From Psammoneis japonica (Eukaryota): a stretch of DNA of 64,000 nucleotides. Below the pieces are notes generated by a model. That model worked only from the letters and a program-made list of their open reading frames with translations. It was not told the DNA's origin and ran no database searches. The DNA lies in assembly GCA_008632985.1 (NCBI GenBank), contig QPGO01000211.1:1-64000 (forward strand), written 5' to 3'. Below are positions 58,735 through 64,000 of this stretch, piece by piece. A program made the position numbers and the translations under genes. Numbering within the stretch: the first letter of the stretch is position 1; each line of letters begins with the position of its first letter.

Positions 58735-59745
58735 CTACCATCCATGTTCAACTTGCGAACTTGGCAGCAACATTTCGTTTTTTCTCGTCTGCAGAATTGA
58801 ATCAATAGCATCTGGGATGTCAATCAAGCTTTTGATTTGAGCGCTAATCTTTCCTTGTGCTTGATCTGCCAGTTTCTGTCGTTGCTCAAGCGTCTCCTTT
58901 GTCGCTGTGGACCATTTGGGTTGTTTTGATAAATCCAATCTGGACGCAGAGGACTCCTCGTGTTCCGATTGTTTCCACACTGCATAAGCGCCACAATCTG
59001 CACTCGCGCCCACGTCATTTCCCAAACAATCCCCAACGTGTACCCAAACGTTAGAATCATCGAGGATGCGAGCAGGGTGCAGACCATGGAACCGAGACAA
59101 GGATGCCTCGTAGATTCCACTATCGGGTTTCCGAGCCGGGAAAACATCCGCATCCTCGCCACTAACACAGAAATCAAAGTACGGTTCGAGCGATTCCATA
59201 AACATGGGGTTTCCTCTTCCATTCGTAATCGCACCAATGCACACATCTGGGTGCTTCTCTTTTACTTGTCGCAACATGGACAATGCATCCGGAAACAAAT
59301 TTCGTTCTGCCGACCGCTGTCTTTCGTCTAGCCAGGCATCAAAGCATCTTTCCACAACAGATGCATGGACGTTATCAATCTCTGTTTGTAGCTCTTTTTG
59401 AATGGCACGCATGCGAAGATCCGTGTACGTTATAGGATCTTCGATTGCTTTTCGAATAGCACTCGTGTGTTTGAGGATGCTTTCGTTTGTTGATTTTCTA
59501 TATCCAAATTTGTGCATTGCGTCGACCATTGCAACATTGGCTTCCTCCACTACTGGACCTATCGGAAAAAGCGTATCGTCTAAATCAAACGTAAGCAATG
59601 CCAGAGATGAAGGAGTTGCCAGTCCAAATTCGGACGATGAATCTGTCGACATGCCAAAAACTTTTTGCTGTCGTAGAGGGTGGAGCGATGCAGGCATAAA
59701 CGCATGCGCAGTCGACAACACGCAGGCAACACTTGTGAAAATCAT
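58735..59745 (-). CDS. Plastid-targeted HAD-superfamily hydrolase
   Basis: FDLDDTL motif I; ITNG; RKPD; HVGDCLGNDV; STAHA|FMP presequence. Confidence 0.9.
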   Translation of the reverse strand: MIFTSVACVLSTAHAFMPASLHPLRQQKVFGMSTDSSSEFGLATPSSLALLTFDLDDTLFPIGPVVEEANVAMVDAMHKFGYRKSTNESILKHTSAIRKAIEDPITYTDLRMRAIQKELQTEIDNVHASVVERCFDAWLDERQRSAERNLFPDALSMLRQVKEKHPDVCIGAITNGRGNPMFMESLEPYFDFCVSGEDADVFPARKPDSGIYEASLSRFHGLHPARILDDSNVWVHVGDCLGNDVGASADCGAYAVWKQSEHEESSASRLDLSKQPKWSTATKETLEQRQKLADQAQGKISAQIKSLIDIPDAIDSILQTRKNEMLLPSSQVEHGW

Positions 59746-60036
59746 GGTGGAATCCCTCATCGTTCTAAATACTTCTGAACAACGAATAATCAGCGTCGAC
59801 TTCACTCGGAGCGTTGTCTAAAATGTTCAATTTTTTGTGGTCGGTGCTTTTTCTGTGACGTGTTTTGTGGCGGTCGTGAGCGAGTCGTGAATTTCTTTTT
59901 TGGTCGCGCTTGAACCGTGATGCCACCACCGCGCGCACATCCGACAAGCGAACAACTCCAACCCGCGTGACTGAAAGAACTCGTGACTGCACGTGTTGCC
60001 GGTTGCCGCCGCCGCAATTTTCCAGAATGGTCAACA

Positions 60037-61855
60037 ATGGCGCTCGTTGCTCAGTCAACAATGGCGAGTCCTTCAACTCGTTCCCAACCACATGCTTCGG
60101 CATTGCCTGTCCCGGTCTCGATTACGCTGTATAATCTCATGTCTCCCTTAGACGAAAACAATACGAGAAACAACGTGGCGGAATTTGGCGCACGAAGTGT
60201 TTGGTTTCGTCCCGAGCATGGATCTCACCTGTTGGTTCCTGTATGTCTAAAAGTAGTAGTTGATGGCGATGATGAAGGCGAGAGAATATTGTACAAGTCG
60301 ATCCCAAGTCATGATTCGGTTCATCCATGTTGGGACTTACTCGATGAACGAATACAGGAGCTGGCGGCTGTCTCGGCGGTGCAAGAAAGCAACTCACAAG
60401 AACAAGTCGAGGATTCTGTATACGAAGAATTGAGCGTTTACGAATCAATGAGAGCTGTTATAGCTATTTCTAATGAATCCTTACAAGGAGCTGATGCAAA
60501 GACAAGGAATAACGGTCTTACCGTTCTGGCAGATGCCCCGCTGCATCCGAAACGACTGAGAAAGCTCCCTCCGCAGGATGTATCAAGTGCTGCAGGGCCT
60601 CCCCTCAAGGCCTTGCCTCCCAACGCAGTGATCATTAGGTATTCGGACGGATCTGCTCGAGTTCTATCTTCATTGTATGATACTCTGTTACGACAGCAAA
60701 TTATTTCTGAAGACAATGTTGACCTGTTGGATGTGTCGGCGGTGTCCTCTGACTCTGTGGGAAAACCGCGATTTGATGACAATGTCTTTGATGCTCTAGA
60801 TGCCGCAGCAAGCACACCCCAGCGAACATCACCATCTGCTCTCTTAATGGCTGAAAATCACATTGACGTTAAGGCCAGTGATCTTCCGGACGAGCTGCTA
60901 CAACCTTCTCTTGGTCAGCAAGCAAAGCATAAAGTTGTGACGCCGCCCAAAGTGGAAAGAATAAGCAGTCTGCTAGATAGTGATGATGAAACTTTGCTCT
61001 TGCCATCGGAGGCCGATGCGACGAAATCAAGTTTGAGCCAAGAAATAGCTGAGCTCGAAGAATTGCTCAAGCGAGAGGAAAGCGAACTTGAGCATGACTA
61101 CGAAGCATTAAAAGAGGTATGTGTGCGTCCACCGAAACCGTAACGTCTTCTCTGTGGTAGGCAACGTATCTCTCTCACGTGGGTTCTTTGAATCTTAGGC
61201 TAAAGGCGAAGTTATGGCCCTCATGGATGAGGTTAAACTCATTGAACAGGAAACGAAGGACATTGTGGACGAAACTAAAAGCGAGAAGTAAGTTACGATC
61301 GAATGCAGACCGTCGCTTTTGTGTTAGTCTTTATTGACCGTCATGCACCTTTCTTGATGCGTGCTATACTTGTAAAGGAATCGACAGGCGCAAATTGAAT
61401 TTCAATTGGAGGCCCATCGCCGAATTATATTGCAAGACTTGAGAACCATTTATCCCATTGACTGTAAAGTGGAGAAAACCTCGAGACGGTATTACATTCG
61501 TGGACTTGAGTTACCGCCAGAGACAAACTATACCAGCCACAACGAGGAGGAGCTCTCTGCTGCACTCGGATACACATGTCACGTTGTTTCGATGATCTCA
61601 AAGTATTTGGCTGTCCCTCTTCGTTATCGCCTCGTATGTAATTCATCCAGTTCGGCCGTTCAAGAGGATGGACACACAATATTCCCACTGTTTCAAGCAC
61701 GAATGGTAGAAAAGACACAATTGGATCGCGGCGTTTTGTTGCTGAACCGAAACGTGGATTGTTTGTTGATGGCCCGTGGCTTACAGATGCATACAAATAC
61801 TCACATTTTGGGAAAGATAAAGCGCCTTTATGACGCCGTCATTGACGGAGTGTGA
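60037..61855 (+). CDS. UVRAG/Vps38 (ATG14 family) PI3K complex subunit; introns 61117-61198 and 61288-61377
   Basis: Coiled coil followed by LRTIYPI...SAALGYTCHVVSMISKYLAVPLRY...FPLF...GVLLLNRNV. Confidence 0.8.
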
Positions 61856-62022
61856 CCATGTTGGATATCACTTTTTATGGAAGATTGACAGCGTGCTCAG
61901 TTATTTGGCTCACAAAATCGCGGAATATTGCACGGGTGATCGCAAATCACGCTGACTCTACTCTACTGTACAGTATGGACGAGAGAGTCTCTAGAGTTTG
62001 CATTTCAAAAGCAAATGAAACT

Positions 62023-64000
62023 CTAATTTCCCCAGTATTCTTTCCACCCGTCTTCCCCGCTGGTCTCCTTAGTTATTGTCTCGGACTCTTCCTGCGCTAG
62101 TTCCGATGCACCTTCATCATTGTTGGATGCGTCTGACCTACTAGTGCCACCTTCAACTTCACTCTTACCCACCGGGTGGACCAGACCGTATTTCGTCAAT
62201 GTCTGGAAGTTGTGAACTTGATCTTTGGGCAGCACATTATCTGGATGGCGTGGCACTTCTTCACTACTAGGACCAGGAACTTCAAAGTCCTTTGCGACAT
62301 CAGCATTGTCCTTCATGGAAGCCAAATCTTTGTATGTATCCGAAATTTCTTCGATACCCACACCACTTGACCAGCTTTTTTGATCGCGATATGACCGTCT
62401 CGCCGCAGCCTCTTCCTCTTGAGAAGCATATCCCAGCCATTTGCGTCGGTCCGTTCCTTCTTCATGGCCATCTTCCTCCTTCACTGGGGCTGGGCCCTCC
62501 AAGCTGTCGCCACGGATTGTTTGCCATTTCGCACTGCAGTGGATTTCACGAACCTCAAAGATTCTCTTCACAAACACGCCAATCTCTCGGCTTGCGCTTG
62601 GCGCTAAACCTTGTTGGACAGGCTTATGCGAAATCGCAATGGCGCTTTGCCGAAAGCGAGAGACTGACACAAGGCGGTCCTTTAGTACATTGTAACATGT
62701 ACTTTGCGGCGTAATCATGAGAAGAGACTTGAGCATTCGAAAAAGCATGGCGCCGCTACCCTCGTCGTCTGCATCTCTGTCCCATTCCAGCATGCGCAAG
62801 TGAAGATGCCGAAAGAGAGGCCGTTCCAATAGCTCCACCAACTGATCAAGCTCCAGCAAGAACATGAGATTGATTTCCAGCGGGTTAATGTTATACAGAA
62901 ATGTGGATGCCGTCCGAAAGGCTCCACCCCAAAGACAAAGGGACACCGTAGATACTGCGTTGTGTGCGAAAGAGTGCAGGATAATGTGAAATAATCTGGC
63001 GCGACGACTGTCATATTCGCTTTCCGTTCGTGATCCAATGCAGTCCAAGAGAACGTTGCGCAGTTCTTGAGCTTCTTCCGCGTTGAGCAAGACAAAACTC
63101 ATTTGCTGCACGAACGACGAGAGAAATTCCAGGTCCTTGGAAAAGGACCTCATGTCGTCGCTGTCAGGTTTTCTCCTCGTCGTGTTCCGCCTAAGCATTT
63201 GTCTCTTTGTTCGGGCTTTGGCGAAACTATCTAACTCCAAAGCAAAGGACACAAACACAAATTCTGGTGGTTGTAGCGTGCACATGAACTGAACGACACG
63301 CGAAAGGGCCGATAGGAGGCCGTCATTGTATGAATGGAGGCGAATCAACGCCGAAAAAACCTCCCTGTCGCGAGACATGGAAAGTTGTCGGTCCGGGTCC
63401 ATAACGTCAAGCGCAAATGTTGCATCTTCATTGCTCATGGGATAACTTCCACTACGACCTTCGTCCCTGGCATTCTGCGACTCTACGGATGACTTCACCG
63501 ATTCACCGGGCGCTGGTACAGTGATGCGCGCAAGGACCTGCAAACTCTTGAAAATAATGGGCTCGGGTGGATTGTCCACTAGCTGATCGATAATGGGTGT
63601 AATGAACTCTCGTGCGTACTTTATACGAGTCAAAGAAAAAGCAGACAAAGCGAGAGTTAGGAACAGCCAACACTACATACACAATTTTGCGTGTGGTATC
63701 TTGCTCACCTCCGCTTTCAATACGTTCGGAACAACGCTGTCGTACAGTACAATGACCCACTCAAGGGCGCATTGCCGAGACATCATCACCGCCTCTTTTC
63801 CCCTTATGGTTGATCCGTCTTCCTTTGAGGAGCTTTTGTTTATCGCGATAGTATCTTTCTTGCCGCCTGTGGGAGGAGCAGGAGGAGCCGAGCTACGGAA
63901 CCACCCAGTGCTTTCGATCCCGGACCCGTCCTGTTTCACATCCATACGATACGGTTTGCGTTCAACCGCAGGAGGATTGCGCCCGGAAAGACCACCAGGA
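62023..64000 (-). CDS. VAC14: VAC14 (PIKfyve/Fab1 scaffold), 3' part; the gene starts beyond the window; intron near 63630-63710
   Basis: HNAVSTVSLCLW...LLELDQLVELLERPLFRHLHLRMLE...LKSLLMITPQSTCYNVLKDRL. Confidence 0.85.

Overview
Eukaryotic nuclear DNA, almost certainly a diatom and probably a pennate one (inference). The evidence is short GT-AG introns, ASAFAP-type bipartite plastid presequences and diatom-type Ty1/copia remnants. Two gene-dense housekeeping blocks (about 1-20 kb and 42-64 kb) encode SF3A2, an IBTK-like RCC1 protein, JMJD7, an MPC fusion, an LSM11-like protein, a UVRAG-like protein, VAC14 and several plastid proteins. They flank a ~21 kb decayed block (20.5-42 kb) of nested copia, non-LTR and MITE remnants and dead multicopy host genes. 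The main finding is a mutational signature confined to repeated or decayed DNA. Besides ordinary CpG decay, TpA has been almost erased by TA->TG / TA->CA transitions: there are runs of 1.4-1.7 kb with no TA, conserved Tyr is converted to Cys or His, and local duplicates differ by TA/TG/CA swaps. The target appears to be 5'-TAY-3' on each strand. This is the opposite direction to fungal RIP and suggests an undescribed repeat-targeted A:T->G:C hypermutation system. All counts are hand counts and all protein identities come from motif recognition; no database search was run.
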